Shown here one piece after another: positions 1-9,487 of a stretch of 64,000 nucleotides of DNA. Source of the DNA: Pseudomonadota bacterium (lineage in GTDB: Bacteria > Pseudomonadota > Alphaproteobacteria > UBA11222); NCBI GenBank assembly GCA_049325255.1, contig JBMOMW010000050.1:3120-67119 (forward strand), read 5' to 3'. Below the pieces are notes generated by a model. The model saw nothing but the letters and a program-made list of their open reading frames with translations. It did no database searches and had not been told where the DNA came from. The translations under genes and the position numbers were made by a program. Position 1 is the stretch's first letter. Each line of letters starts with the position of its first letter.

Positions 1-89
1 GCTGCTGCTGGCCCATGCGGGACGCGGAGACTGGATTGCCTGTCAGATAACCAGCAACCCGTATGCCGACACACACGCAATTGCGCTAA

Positions 90-254
90 GCGGAATGATT
101 TTAAGTTGAATCACTTTCTTCCTGCGTCATTGCGAGCGAAGCGAAGCAATCCAGAGTCAAAATTATAGGCATTTCCGTGCCGCTCTGGATTGCCGCGCCG
201 CTGCGCGGCTCGCAATGACGATGAAGAATATGACCGAATCTAAAATCATTCCGC
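90..254. mobile_element. 165-bp MITE-like element with an internal REP doublet
   Basis: 14-bp perfect TIRs GCGGAATGATTTTA (90-103) and TAAAATCATTCCGC (241-254), with TAA on both sides (87-89, 255-257). It interrupts an ORF. Confidence 0.85.
125..220. repeat. CGTC-type REP doublet
   Basis: Inverted arms CGTCATTGCGAGCGAAGCGAAGCAATCCAGAG ... CTCTGGATTGCCGCGCCGCTGCGCGGCTCGCAATGACG. Confidence 0.9.
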
Positions 255-443
255 TAAGCGACGCGGATTTCGTTACGGGCGGCCTACAATTGCTCAGTTA
301 TGCGCGCCCCGGGAAATTATTTACGGCCAGTGAAGCCTTGTTCTCCGGTAGCGCAGGTATTTTGCTGGATGCAACACTGAACCAGGTGCGCGAGACAGTG
401 GCAGCCCTGGTTAAGGGTGAACTTGTCTCCCCTGAGTAAACTG

Positions 444-477
444 AAAAAACGCGGCAGGCTATCGGAGCATGCCGCGT
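444..477 (-). terminator. Intrinsic terminator after the ABM gene
   Basis: Stem ACGCGGCA..GCT/AGC..TGCCGCGT next to A6, which is a U-tract on the minus strand. Confidence 0.6.
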
Positions 478-484
478 GATTTGA

Positions 485-775
485 TCACACCCCGTCGAGC
501 ATTTCGATTTCGGGTGCGCCGGCCAGCAAGGCGCCCATTTTTTTGAAGCCGGCCTGGAAATGCGGCGAGCTCATATGGGTATCGACCGCCGCCTGGTCCT
601 TGTAATTTTCCAGCACAACATAGGTCTGCGGATCGGTTTTTGATTTGTGCAGGGCATAGAAATTATTGCCCGGTTCATCTTTACGGGTGGCGCGCGCCAA
701 TACGGAAAAGATTTCCTCGAACTCGGCGTTCTTGCCCGGCGCCACTTTAAGTTTCGCTACGATACCTATTGTCAT
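485..775 (-). CDS. Antibiotic biosynthesis monooxygenase (ABM/quinol monooxygenase) family protein, copy 1
   Basis: 96 aa with the EPGN..Y.LH, VVLENY and H..SPHF pattern. Confidence 0.85.
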   Translation of the reverse strand: MTIGIVAKLKVAPGKNAEFEEIFSVLARATRKDEPGNNFYALHKSKTDPQTYVVLENYKDQAAVDTHMSSPHFQAGFKKMGALLAGAPEIEMLDGV

Positions 776-841
776 TTTACATTTCCTTCCTGGTTGTTGT
801 CAGTGTTTTGATCAGGTTTGATGCAGGTCTTATTCTCTCAC

Positions 842-932
842 TGTCATTACCCGGCTTGTCCGGGTAATCCAGAACTCCAAACCCAAGCTGCCGGGTGCAG
901 CATGGATGCCCCGGACAAGCCGGGGCATGACA
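842..932. repeat. REP doublet (CCCGG..CCGGG subtype)
   Basis: TGTCATTACCCGGCTTGTCCGGGTAATCCA ... TGGATGCCCCGGACAAGCCGGGGCATGACA. Confidence 0.9.
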
Positions 933-974
933 AATAAGGTTTGGGTGATGCATCAATTTGTTTAGAAAATGGTC

Positions 975-1265
975 TCAAACCCCGTCGAGCAGTTCGACCT
1001 CGGGCGCGCCGGCCATGCAGGCGCCCATTTTCTTGCCGCCTTCCTTGAAGTGCGGATATTCGCGGTGCGCGGCAAAGGCTGCAGCATCCTTGTAATTTTC
1101 CAGCACCACATAAAGCAGCGGGTCGGTCTTGGATTTGTGCAGGGCGTAGAAATTATTGCCCGGCTCGTTCTTGCGCACGGCGGCGGCCAGTTCGGCGAAA
1201 ATTTGTTCAAACTCGGCGTTCTTGCCGGCCTGTATCTTGATCTTTGCGATGACACCCAGGCTCAT
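975..1265 (-). CDS. ABM family monooxygenase, copy 2
   Basis: 96 aa, co-linear paralog of 485..775 (shared EPGNNFYALHKSKTDP). Confidence 0.85.
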   Translation of the reverse strand: MSLGVIAKIKIQAGKNAEFEQIFAELAAAVRKNEPGNNFYALHKSKTDPLLYVVLENYKDAAAFAAHREYPHFKEGGKKMGACMAGAPEVELLDGV

Positions 1266-1307
1266 GGTTTCTTCTCCCTGCTGTTATGGACCCCTATTAT
1301 GCCCCTA

Positions 1308-2669
1308 TTATTGCGCAATCGCCAAGTCCTCTCGCAAGGTTTTTGACGCCAGCCAGAAATGCGCCGCCGACCACAAATGCGCCATGGAGACGCAGAGCAG
1401 CGCATAGCGCAGCGAATCCGCCCCATATAAAGGATGCAGCAGATCGCTGAGAATGCCAACCAGTTGCGGCCCGATGCCCATGCCGATAAAACTGCTCATG
1501 AATAACAGGATCGCTGCGGCCATGGCGCGCATTTTGAGGGGGGCCAGCGCCTGCGCCATGGCGAATACCGGGCCATGATACAGATTGGCGAAGATAATCG
1601 GCGCCACAAACCAGGCCAGCGTCGCAAATGATGTGCCGGAAAGATAAATCCCAAAACTGAACGGCACGGCAATCAGGCCGCCAAGCGCCGGGATCCATAA
1701 TTGCCAGCGTACATTGCGCTTCGCCAGATGATCGGCCAGATAACCACCCGCCGCCGTGCCAATGACGCCGCCAATGCCAAGGATGATCGCCAGCGCCGTG
1801 CCGACCTCGCCGCTGGTCATGTGATAGCTGCGATGCAAAAAGCTTGGCACCCAGATCAGAACGCCATATCCCGCAATCGCCTGGATGCCGATAGCAACGA
1901 CTAAATGCCGGAAGGACTTTCGTTTCCACATGATCTGCGCCACTTCGCGCAGGGGCGGCTGTTCGGCTTTTACGGCGCTTGCTCTGCCACTCGCCACGGC
2001 GTAGCCGTTTGGCGTAGCCTGGTCGGCATGGCCGCGCGGCGGTTCGCGCAAAGTCAATCGCACCGCCACCGCAAGTATAAGCCCCGGCACGCCCACGGCC
2101 ATGAACGCAACGCGCCAGCCATATAATTGCTCCAGCCAGCCGCCAACCGCAAAACCCGCCATGATGCCAATGGGAATGCCCAGCGAATAAATCGCCAAAG
2201 CCGAACTGCGGGTTTCGAGCGGCACATAATCCGCGATCAGTGAATGCGAGGAAGGCCCGCTGCCCGCCTCGCCCACACCCACCAGAATGCGCGCCGCCAG
2301 CAATTGCCAGAAATTCTGCGCCAGCCCGCAGAGCGCGGTCATAAAGCTCCAGAGCGCCACGCTGATGGAAATAATATTGACCCGCGAACTTCTATCCGCC
2401 AGCCGCGCGATGGGCACCCCCAAAGTGGCATAGAACAGCGCGAAGGCGATACCGGACAAAAATCCCAGCGCGGTGTCGGAAAGCCGCATCTCCTGCTTGA
2501 TCGGCTGCATCAGGATCGACAGGATTTGCCGGTCGATAAGATTGACCGCATAGACCATTGTCAGCATACCGATGACATAGCGGATATAGGGTTTGCTGAA
2601 ATACGCGGCCGGTTCATGGGCCGGTGTCAGCGCCGCCGCCGCGGCGCCGTCTTCGTCTATGCTGGTCAT
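1308..2669 (-). CDS. Spinster-like MFS transporter, copy 1
   Basis: About 12 hydrophobic segments; DRQILSILMQPIK and ARLADRSSR (MFS motif A). Confidence 0.9.
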   Translation of the reverse strand: MTSIDEDGAAAAALTPAHEPAAYFSKPYIRYVIGMLTMVYAVNLIDRQILSILMQPIKQEMRLSDTALGFLSGIAFALFYATLGVPIARLADRSSRVNIISISVALWSFMTALCGLAQNFWQLLAARILVGVGEAGSGPSSHSLIADYVPLETRSSALAIYSLGIPIGIMAGFAVGGWLEQLYGWRVAFMAVGVPGLILAVAVRLTLREPPRGHADQATPNGYAVASGRASAVKAEQPPLREVAQIMWKRKSFRHLVVAIGIQAIAGYGVLIWVPSFLHRSYHMTSGEVGTALAIILGIGGVIGTAAGGYLADHLAKRNVRWQLWIPALGGLIAVPFSFGIYLSGTSFATLAWFVAPIIFANLYHGPVFAMAQALAPLKMRAMAAAILLFMSSFIGMGIGPQLVGILSDLLHPLYGADSLRYALLCVSMAHLWSAAHFWLASKTLREDLAIAQ

Positions 2670-2681
2670 ATTTCCCCCTTA

Positions 2682-4001
2682 TTATTCTATCGCCAGTTTC
2701 AGGTCTTCGCGAAGGGTCGCCGCTGCTTTCCAGAAATGATAGGCCGACCAGAGGTAAAATGAACTCGAAATCAGCAGGGCATAGCGCAGGGATTCCTCGC
2801 CATGGGCCGGCGCCAGAAGATCGCTCATAATCCCAACCGCCTGCGGCCCCAGCCCCAGGCCGATAATATTCAGGACAAACAGCAGCAGGGCGCTGGCCAT
2901 AACCCGCATCCGCACCGGCGCCAGTGTCTGGGTCACCGCAAATCCCGGACCCAGCCAAGTGTTCACCAATATCATCGGGAAAAACAGAAATATCAGCGAC
3001 CAGACCGGCCCGCCAGATAGATATACGCCCACACAAAAAGGCGCCGTAAGAAGAATGGAAATCGCCGGAACCCACATCTGCCAGCGCCTATCGCGCTTCG
3101 ATAGCAGATCGGCAAGATAGCCCCCTGAAAAAGTGCCGATCAGTCCGCCCACCCCAATGACCAGCGACAGCCACAGGCCGATTTCACCGCTTTGCATATG
3201 ATAGCTGCGCGCCAGGAAGCTGGGCATCCATTGATAAATGGAGTAGGTGGCAAAGGCCTGCAACGCCGTCCCCAGTGATAAATGCCAGAATGTTGGCACA
3301 CGCCACATATGGCGCACCACTACCAGGATGGGCGGTGTTTCCACCTGTTCCTTGACGCCGCCCTGGGAATGGCCGCGCTGGGGTTCATCCAGCGAATAGC
3401 GCACAATCACGGCCAAAGCGACGCCCGGCAGGCCAAGCGCCAGAAAGGCCACCCGCCAGCCATAATATTGTTCGATCCAGCCCCCCAGAAGATAGCCCGA
3501 CAACAGCCCCAGTGGCACCCCAACGGCGAATATGCCGAGCGCGGTCGAGCGGCCTTCGACCGGCACATAATCGGCAATCAGCGAATGCGATGGCGGACTG
3601 CCACCCGCTTCGCCAACCCCCACGCCAATGCGCGCGGCCAGCAATTGCCAGAAATTTTGCGCCACGCCGCATAGCGCCGTCATGATGCTCCATAACACCA
3701 GGCAAATGGTCAGGATGTTGACGCGCGAATGCTTGTCGGCCAGGCGCGCAATGGGCAGGCCCAGCACCGAATAAAAAATCGCGAAGGCGATGCCGCCCAG
3801 AAAACCCAGCTCTGTATCGGACAGCCGCATCTCTTCCTTGATGGGCTGCATCAGGATCGCCAAAATCTGCCGGTCGGTCAGATTGACAAGATAGACCACC
3901 GACAGAATACCCACCGCATAGCGCACATAATTGGCGCTGTACACCACCGGCAAGTCCGCCGGTATCAGACCGGTTTTCTCCGGTCCGTTATTATTGTCCA
4001 C
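2682..4001 (-). CDS. Spinster-like MFS transporter, copy 2
   Basis: Paralog of copy 1 (DRQILAILMQPIK, GVGEAG, SHSLIADYVP). Confidence 0.9.
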   Translation of the reverse strand: MDNNNGPEKTGLIPADLPVVYSANYVRYAVGILSVVYLVNLTDRQILAILMQPIKEEMRLSDTELGFLGGIAFAIFYSVLGLPIARLADKHSRVNILTICLVLWSIMTALCGVAQNFWQLLAARIGVGVGEAGGSPPSHSLIADYVPVEGRSTALGIFAVGVPLGLLSGYLLGGWIEQYYGWRVAFLALGLPGVALAVIVRYSLDEPQRGHSQGGVKEQVETPPILVVVRHMWRVPTFWHLSLGTALQAFATYSIYQWMPSFLARSYHMQSGEIGLWLSLVIGVGGLIGTFSGGYLADLLSKRDRRWQMWVPAISILLTAPFCVGVYLSGGPVWSLIFLFFPMILVNTWLGPGFAVTQTLAPVRMRVMASALLLFVLNIIGLGLGPQAVGIMSDLLAPAHGEESLRYALLISSSFYLWSAYHFWKAAATLREDLKLAIE

Positions 4002-4013
4002 CCGATTATCCCA

Positions 4014-4907
4014 CTACTTCTTTTTCTTGCGCACTTCGCGCCCCAGCGTTGTTTCATAGACCCGCATCAGCGCGGTGGCGTCATCGCCGCCAAAGCCCAT
4101 ACCGCGCGCCATGCGCATCAGATTATGGGTCTGCGCACCCTGCGGTAATGGAATGCCCAGTTCATCGCCCAGTTCCAGCGCCAGATGCAAATCCTTATAG
4201 GCCAGATCAATGGTGAAGGTGGCCGACCAGTCGCCATTCAGGGTTTTATGCGCCACGCCGCGATAGGCCATGCTATTGCCGGAACTGTTGCGGATCACCT
4301 CGTTCAACGCTTCGGGATCGATACCCGCCGCCGCGCCCAGCATCAGCCCTTCGGCCGCCGCCGCCATATTGCTGAAGGCCAGCATATTATTGACGATCTT
4401 GGCAATGGCGCCACTGCCCAGATCGCCCAGATGTGAAATGCTCTGCCCGAAACTTTCAAAAATCGGCATGCAGCGGTCATAAGCCGCCTTGTCACCGCCC
4501 ACCATGATGGCGATGGTTTTTTTCTCCGCGCCGATCGCGCCGCCAGACACCGGCGCATCCAGCGTGACGACGCCCTTGGGGGCCAGTACGCCCGCGATCT
4601 TGCGGATCATGATCGGCGAATTGGTGGACAGATCAATATAAACCGTCCCCTGACGAATGCCTTCGATAATGCCATTGGGGCCCAAGGCCACCGCCTCCAC
4701 ATCCTTTGGCATCGGCAGCGAGGTCATCACCACATCCACCTGGGACGCGACATCCCTGGGCGATGTTCCCGCCTTTGCGCCCAGATCGGTGCAGGTTTTA
4801 ACCGCCGCCGGGTTCAGGTCAAGCACAATGACGTCATGCCCGCCCTTGATAATATTGCGGCACATGGGGCCACCCATATTGCCAAGACCGATAAAGCCAA
4901 CTTTCAT
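4014..4907 (-). CDS. Beta-hydroxyacid dehydrogenase (3-hydroxyisobutyrate DH-like)
   Basis: GFIGLGNMG, DAPVSGG, AKIVNN and KDL motifs. Confidence 0.9.
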   Translation of the reverse strand: MKVGFIGLGNMGGPMCRNIIKGGHDVIVLDLNPAAVKTCTDLGAKAGTSPRDVASQVDVVMTSLPMPKDVEAVALGPNGIIEGIRQGTVYIDLSTNSPIMIRKIAGVLAPKGVVTLDAPVSGGAIGAEKKTIAIMVGGDKAAYDRCMPIFESFGQSISHLGDLGSGAIAKIVNNMLAFSNMAAAAEGLMLGAAAGIDPEALNEVIRNSSGNSMAYRGVAHKTLNGDWSATFTIDLAYKDLHLALELGDELGIPLPQGAQTHNLMRMARGMGFGGDDATALMRVYETTLGREVRKKKK

Positions 4908-4974
4908 GAGGGTTCCCCTTGCTGTAATGATCTGTGAACGGAATTTTTTATACCAACGGCACCATGCCTGATCC

Positions 4975-5043
4975 TGTCATTCTGAGCGAAGCGAAGAATC
5001 TCGCCCCATATCGTGGGGATTCTTCGCTTCGCTCAGAATGACA
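4975..5043. repeat. REP doublet with a perfect 26-bp inverted repeat
   Basis: TGTCATTCTGAGCGAAGCGAAGAATC (4975-5000) and its exact reverse complement (5018-5043). Confidence 0.9.
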
Positions 5044-5134
5044 ATGGGTCTGTTCATCAGGCCGCTGATGTCATTTAATCTCATAATCTCAGCTTCGTGC
5101 AGTACAGGAATGAAATGCCTGTGCCAATTTACGG

Positions 5135-5160
5135 TGTCACCCCGGAATAAATCCGGGGTG
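5135..5160. repeat. Single REP-like hairpin
   Basis: TGTCACCCCGGAATAAATCCGGGGTG, the same architecture as the arms at 842 and 31053. Confidence 0.6.
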
Positions 5161-5184
5161 AATGCTCACGTGTGTGGGGATGCC

Positions 5185-6042
5185 CTAACCCGGCAGCAGA
5201 CCCGATTGCTTCACGCCCTTCAGCGACTTGCAGTTGGCGGCCCAGTCATAGGCATCTGTCAGGCGCTTGCAGCGCGTTTCGATCAAATGTTTCAGGCCCG
5301 GATCGGTGAAGATATAAAGCTGATCCGCCTGCATGGCTTCCAGCACCAGATGGCCGACAATATCGGGATTAAGACCCTGAGCCAGCATTTCCGCTGTGCG
5401 GTCGCGAGGGTTGGGCGCCACGACGCCGCCATACTCTTCGGGCCGGTTGCGCGCGGAATTGCCGATATTGGTGGCGACAACCCCGGGGCACAGTACCGAC
5501 GCGCCGATATTATCCTTGCGATGATCGGCCGCGAACGTCTCCATGATGCCGACAACGGCGAATTTCGTCGCATTGTACGGCCCCGCGCCGCGCAGGCCAA
5601 CCATGCCCGCCATGGATGCGGTGCTGATCACATGGCCGCCTTCGCCGTGTGAGAGGATCAGCGGCACAAACGCCTGCAAGCCATAGACGACGCCCCACAG
5701 ATTGACATCCACCACCCAGTTCCAATTGCGGATGCTGCAGGTTTCGCTATATCCGCCCACGGCCACGCCGGCATTGTTGCTGATGACATGCACCTTGCCA
5801 AATGTATCCACGGTTTTCTTGGCGGCGTTCTGCACCGATTCCAGCTTGGTGACGTCAACCTGCACACAGGCCGCCTCCAGCCCTTTGGCTTTCAACTCAT
5901 CAACGGCCTTTTGCGCAGGCACCAGTTCAATATCGCCGATCATGACCTTCATGCCCGCTGCGGCGAATGACCGGGCCATGCCCAGGCCCATGCCGCTGGC
6001 GCCGCCAGTGATAAAGGCAACTTTTCCTTTTACGTCTTTCAT
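5185..6042 (-). CDS. SDR oxidoreductase, tandem paralog 1
   Basis: TGGASGMG, NNAG and YNATK motifs. Confidence 0.9.
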   Translation of the reverse strand: MKDVKGKVAFITGGASGMGLGMARSFAAAGMKVMIGDIELVPAQKAVDELKAKGLEAACVQVDVTKLESVQNAAKKTVDTFGKVHVISNNAGVAVGGYSETCSIRNWNWVVDVNLWGVVYGLQAFVPLILSHGEGGHVISTASMAGMVGLRGAGPYNATKFAVVGIMETFAADHRKDNIGASVLCPGVVATNIGNSARNRPEEYGGVVAPNPRDRTAEMLAQGLNPDIVGHLVLEAMQADQLYIFTDPGLKHLIETRCKRLTDAYDWAANCKSLKGVKQSGLLPG

Positions 6043-6133
6043 TGTGTTTATGCCGTCCGCTGGTGCAGACGCCTCCCTTGGCTGAAGTGATGCGGGACGT
6101 TTTCGCCGCCCTGCCTTGTTATGAAGTTTTAAG

Positions 6134-7006
6134 CTATTTCGTCAGCAGGCCGCCGGGCAGAGCGCCGGCCTGTTTTTCGCCTTTCAGCGCCTTGCAGTTC
6201 GCCGCCCAGTCATAGCCCTGCAGAATGCGCTTGCAGCGGGTTTCGATAATATGCCGCAGGCTGGGATCCGTGAAGATATAGAACTGATCTTCCTGAATGG
6301 CTTCCAGCACCTGACGGCCCACCGCGTCGGGGTTAAGCCCCTTGGCCAGTTCGGTGGCCGAGATGCCCTTGTCGCTGGCCTTCGCCGCGCCGCCATATTC
6401 GGGCTGCCGGTTGCGGGTGGAAGACGCGATATTGGTGGCCACCAGACCCGGACACAGCACCGAAGAGCCCAGATTATCCTTGCGATGTTCCGCCGCAAAG
6501 GTTTCCATGATGCCGACCACGGCGAATTTCGTTGCATTATACGGCCCCGCACCGCGCAACCCGGCCATGCCCGCCATCGACGCCGTGCTGGTCACATGAC
6601 CGCCTTCGCCATGCGAGAGGATCAGCGGCACAAAAGCCTGAAGCCCATGCACCACGCCCCACAGATTAACGTCCACCACCCAGTGCCAGTTGCGCATATC
6701 GCAGGTTTCGCTATGGCCAAACACGCCGATACCGGCATTATTGCTGATCAGATGCACCTTGCCGAATGTGTCCACCGTCTGTTTGGCGGCGGCATGCATG
6801 GCGTCCAGCTTGGTCACGTCAACCTGTAGCCAGGCCGCTTCATAGCCCTTGCCGGTCAATTCAGCCGCCGCGCGCTTGGCGGGTTCCGCCTCGATATCGG
6901 CGATCATCACCTTCATGCCTGCCGCCGCAAATGCGCGCGCCATGCCCAGGCCCATGCCGCTGGCGCCACCCGTGATGAACGCCACTTTTCCCTTTACGTC
7001 TTTCAT
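6134..7006 (-). CDS. SDR oxidoreductase, tandem paralog 2
   Basis: Same motifs; identical MKDVKGKVAF start. Confidence 0.9.
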   Translation of the reverse strand: MKDVKGKVAFITGGASGMGLGMARAFAAAGMKVMIADIEAEPAKRAAAELTGKGYEAAWLQVDVTKLDAMHAAAKQTVDTFGKVHLISNNAGIGVFGHSETCDMRNWHWVVDVNLWGVVHGLQAFVPLILSHGEGGHVTSTASMAGMAGLRGAGPYNATKFAVVGIMETFAAEHRKDNLGSSVLCPGLVATNIASSTRNRQPEYGGAAKASDKGISATELAKGLNPDAVGRQVLEAIQEDQFYIFTDPSLRHIIETRCKRILQGYDWAANCKALKGEKQAGALPGGLLTK

Positions 7007-7130
7007 AGTGATCCTACCGCCTGCCTGCGCAAGCGTCTCCCTGTGCTGATGTTAAGCGGGGCTTTTTGCGCGCCCCGCAATTATTATGGTTGCAGCTTTG
7101 CCTAATGGCGGCGGCAGGTCAAGCGTGTCG

Positions 7131-8003
7131 CTATTCCTTCAGAATGCCGCCCGGTATGCCGCCCGCCTGTTTCTGGCCTGCCAGCGCCTTGCATTTATCG
7201 GCCCAGTCATAACCCGCCATCAGGCGCTTGTGCCGCGATTCAATCATTTTGCGCATGCTCGGGTCGGTGAAAATATAGGGCTGATTGTCGATGATGGCTT
7301 CCAGCACCTGTTTGCCCACCACATCGGGATGCAGGCCCTGCGCCAGCACATCAGCGATACGTTCTTTCGAACTTGGCGGCGCTGCGCCGCCATAATCATC
7401 CTGCCGGTTGCGGGTGGAGGTGGAAATATTGGTCGCCACCGCGCCGGGGCACAGCACCGAAATGCCCAGATTGCTTTTGCGGTTTTCCGCCATCATGGTT
7501 TCCATGATGCCGACCACCGCAAACTTAGTGGCGTTGTAGGGCCCCGCGCCACTTAGCCCGACCATGCCCGCCATCGAGGCGGTGCTGACCACATGGCCGC
7601 CTTCGCCGTGCGAGAGGATCAGCGGCACGAACGCCTGCAAGCCATACACAACGCCCCACAGATTTACGTCCACCACCCATTCCCAGTTCTTGATATTGGC
7701 GGTTTCGCTTTTCCCGAAGACGCCAATGCCTGCATTATTGCACAGCACATGCACCTTGCCGAATGTGTCCACAGTCTTTTTCGCCGCCGCATGCACATCC
7801 GCCATTTTGGTGACATCAAGCTGCACACAGGCCACGTCATAACCTTTGGCCTTCAGCGCATCGGTTTCGCGCTGCAATGGCCCTGCTTCAATGTCGGCCA
7901 GCATCACTTTCATGCCGGCTTCCGCAAACGCGCGCGCCATGCCAAGCCCCATGCCGCTGGCCGCGCCGGTGACGAACGCCACTTTTCCCTTTACGTCTTT
8001 CAT
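7131..8003 (-). CDS. SDR oxidoreductase, tandem paralog 3
   Basis: TGAASGMG, NNAG and YNATK motifs. Confidence 0.9.
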   Translation of the reverse strand: MKDVKGKVAFVTGAASGMGLGMARAFAEAGMKVMLADIEAGPLQRETDALKAKGYDVACVQLDVTKMADVHAAAKKTVDTFGKVHVLCNNAGIGVFGKSETANIKNWEWVVDVNLWGVVYGLQAFVPLILSHGEGGHVVSTASMAGMVGLSGAGPYNATKFAVVGIMETMMAENRKSNLGISVLCPGAVATNISTSTRNRQDDYGGAAPPSSKERIADVLAQGLHPDVVGKQVLEAIIDNQPYIFTDPSMRKMIESRHKRLMAGYDWADKCKALAGQKQAGGIPGGILKE

Positions 8004-8030
8004 GAACTTCCCTCCGGTTATTATTATTGA

Positions 8031-8831
8031 TTATCCCACTTTCGCCGCATGTCCGCCATCGATGGGCAGCACTGCGCCGGTGACGAAATTGGCTTCGTCC
8101 GACGCCAGATACAGCGCCCCATAGGCCACATCCCAGCCGGTGCCCATCTTGCCGCGCAGTGGCACGATGCGGTCGCGCATGGCGCGCACCTCTTCACGCG
8201 AAATGCCGCGCGCCTGGACATTGCCTTCGATCGCCATCGGCGTGTCCATCAGGCCCGGCATGATCACATTGCAGCGCACCCCATATTTGGCGTTGGTCAT
8301 GGCGATGGACTGGGTCAGCTTGTTCACCCCCGCCTTGGAAATTTCATAGGCGGTGATGCCGCCCGACGACACGGCGGCGGCCGAGGAAATATTGACGATG
8401 GATCCGGATTTCTGTTCGCGCATCACCGGGATCACATGTTTGCAGGTCAGCCACATCGCCTTGAGATTAACCAGCATGATCTGGTCATAGGCGTCTTCGG
8501 TCAGCAAGTGCGGCTGCGCGTCGCCAAAGCCGATGCCGACATTATTATGCAGAATATCGATGCGCCCCATTTTGTCGCAGGCCGCCTTCACCAGCGCGAT
8601 ATTCGCCGCCTCGCTGGTGATGTCGGCCTCGTAAGCGAAGGCGTCGCCGCCTTCCTTCACGATCATATCGACGGTGTCCCGCGCTGATTGCAGGCGTTTG
8701 TCCACGCACATCACCTGTGCGCCCTCGCGGGCGAACAGGATGGCCGTTGCGCGGCCATTGCCAATGGTCTCGCCCGGCGTTTGCCCGGCGCCAACGACAA
8801 TGGCTTTCTTGCCTTGCAATCGCATGCTCAA
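8031..8831 (-). CDS. SDR oxidoreductase (FabG-like subfamily)
   Basis: GAGQTPGETIGNG, NNVG, YEISK and IDGG motifs. Confidence 0.9.
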   Translation of the reverse strand: MSMRLQGKKAIVVGAGQTPGETIGNGRATAILFAREGAQVMCVDKRLQSARDTVDMIVKEGGDAFAYEADITSEAANIALVKAACDKMGRIDILHNNVGIGFGDAQPHLLTEDAYDQIMLVNLKAMWLTCKHVIPVMREQKSGSIVNISSAAAVSSGGITAYEISKAGVNKLTQSIAMTNAKYGVRCNVIMPGLMDTPMAIEGNVQARGISREEVRAMRDRIVPLRGKMGTGWDVAYGALYLASDEANFVTGAVLPIDGGHAAKVG

Positions 8832-9400
8832 AAACCTTTCACGCCTTCATCCAGTTGCACGCCGAAACTGTTCAGGCACATCGACACCAGATTATACTGG
8901 CCGACTGTGAACACCACATCCATCAGTTGCTGGGTGTTATAGGTTTTGGCCAGCCCGTTCCAGACGGCGTCTGAAATGCAGGCGTCCTTGTGCAGATCAT
9001 CGGCGGCGCGGATCAGCAGCGCGTCATGCGCGCTCCAGCCCGGCGCATCGGCGCCCAGCTTGATCCGGGCGATTTCTTCGTCGCTCAGGCCCACGGCGCG
9101 GCCAAACACCACATGCTGGCCCCACTCATATTCCGCCTGGCACAGCCAGCCGATGCGCAGGATCAGAATTTCGCGTTCACGCGGCGCCAGGGTGTTGGTT
9201 TCCCCCATAATATGATTGGCCCAGACGCCGAATTTCTTGTTGGCCTCCGGGTGGCGCGACAATGTGCCCAGCACATTATACACATGCATCTTCGCGCCAA
9301 ATTCGGTGCTGCCGCCCTTGAGACGGCCCAGGGTCTTGGCCTGTTCCGGCGTCCATTCGCTTTCATCCAGCGGCTTGATGCGTGGTTTTGACAGCTTCAT
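8828..9400 (-). CDS. Carboxymuconolactone decarboxylase/AhpD-like protein, copy 1
   Basis: L.PREREILILRIGWLCQAEYEWGQH motif. Confidence 0.85.
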   Translation of the reverse strand: MKLSKPRIKPLDESEWTPEQAKTLGRLKGGSTEFGAKMHVYNVLGTLSRHPEANKKFGVWANHIMGETNTLAPREREILILRIGWLCQAEYEWGQHVVFGRAVGLSDEEIARIKLGADAPGWSAHDALLIRAADDLHKDACISDAVWNGLAKTYNTQQLMDVVFTVGQYNLVSMCLNSFGVQLDEGVKGF

Positions 9401-9487
9401 GATGATCCCTCCCTGATTTTTATTTCTTATAAGGGATCAGTCTGCCCTATCTGCGGGACGGGGAAAAGCATTTTTGTATTTGCGCCG

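Larger units (their letters stand above)
1..439 (+). pseudogene. PemK/MazF-family toxin gene (5' end outside window) interrupted by a MITE
   Basis: Frame 2 from base 2 reads LLLAHAGRGDWIACQITSNPYADTHAIALS, then hits TGA (107-109) inside the insert. After the insert the frame reads LSDADFVTGGLQLLSYARPGKLFTA... to a stop at 439. Removing 168 bp rejoins these in frame. The CQITS and SYARPGKLFT motifs resemble MazF/PemK. Confidence 0.8.

Noticed and set aside
215-439. 74-aa ORF as an independent gene
   Set aside because: Its start lies inside the MITE; it is the 3' half of the split pemK/mazF gene.
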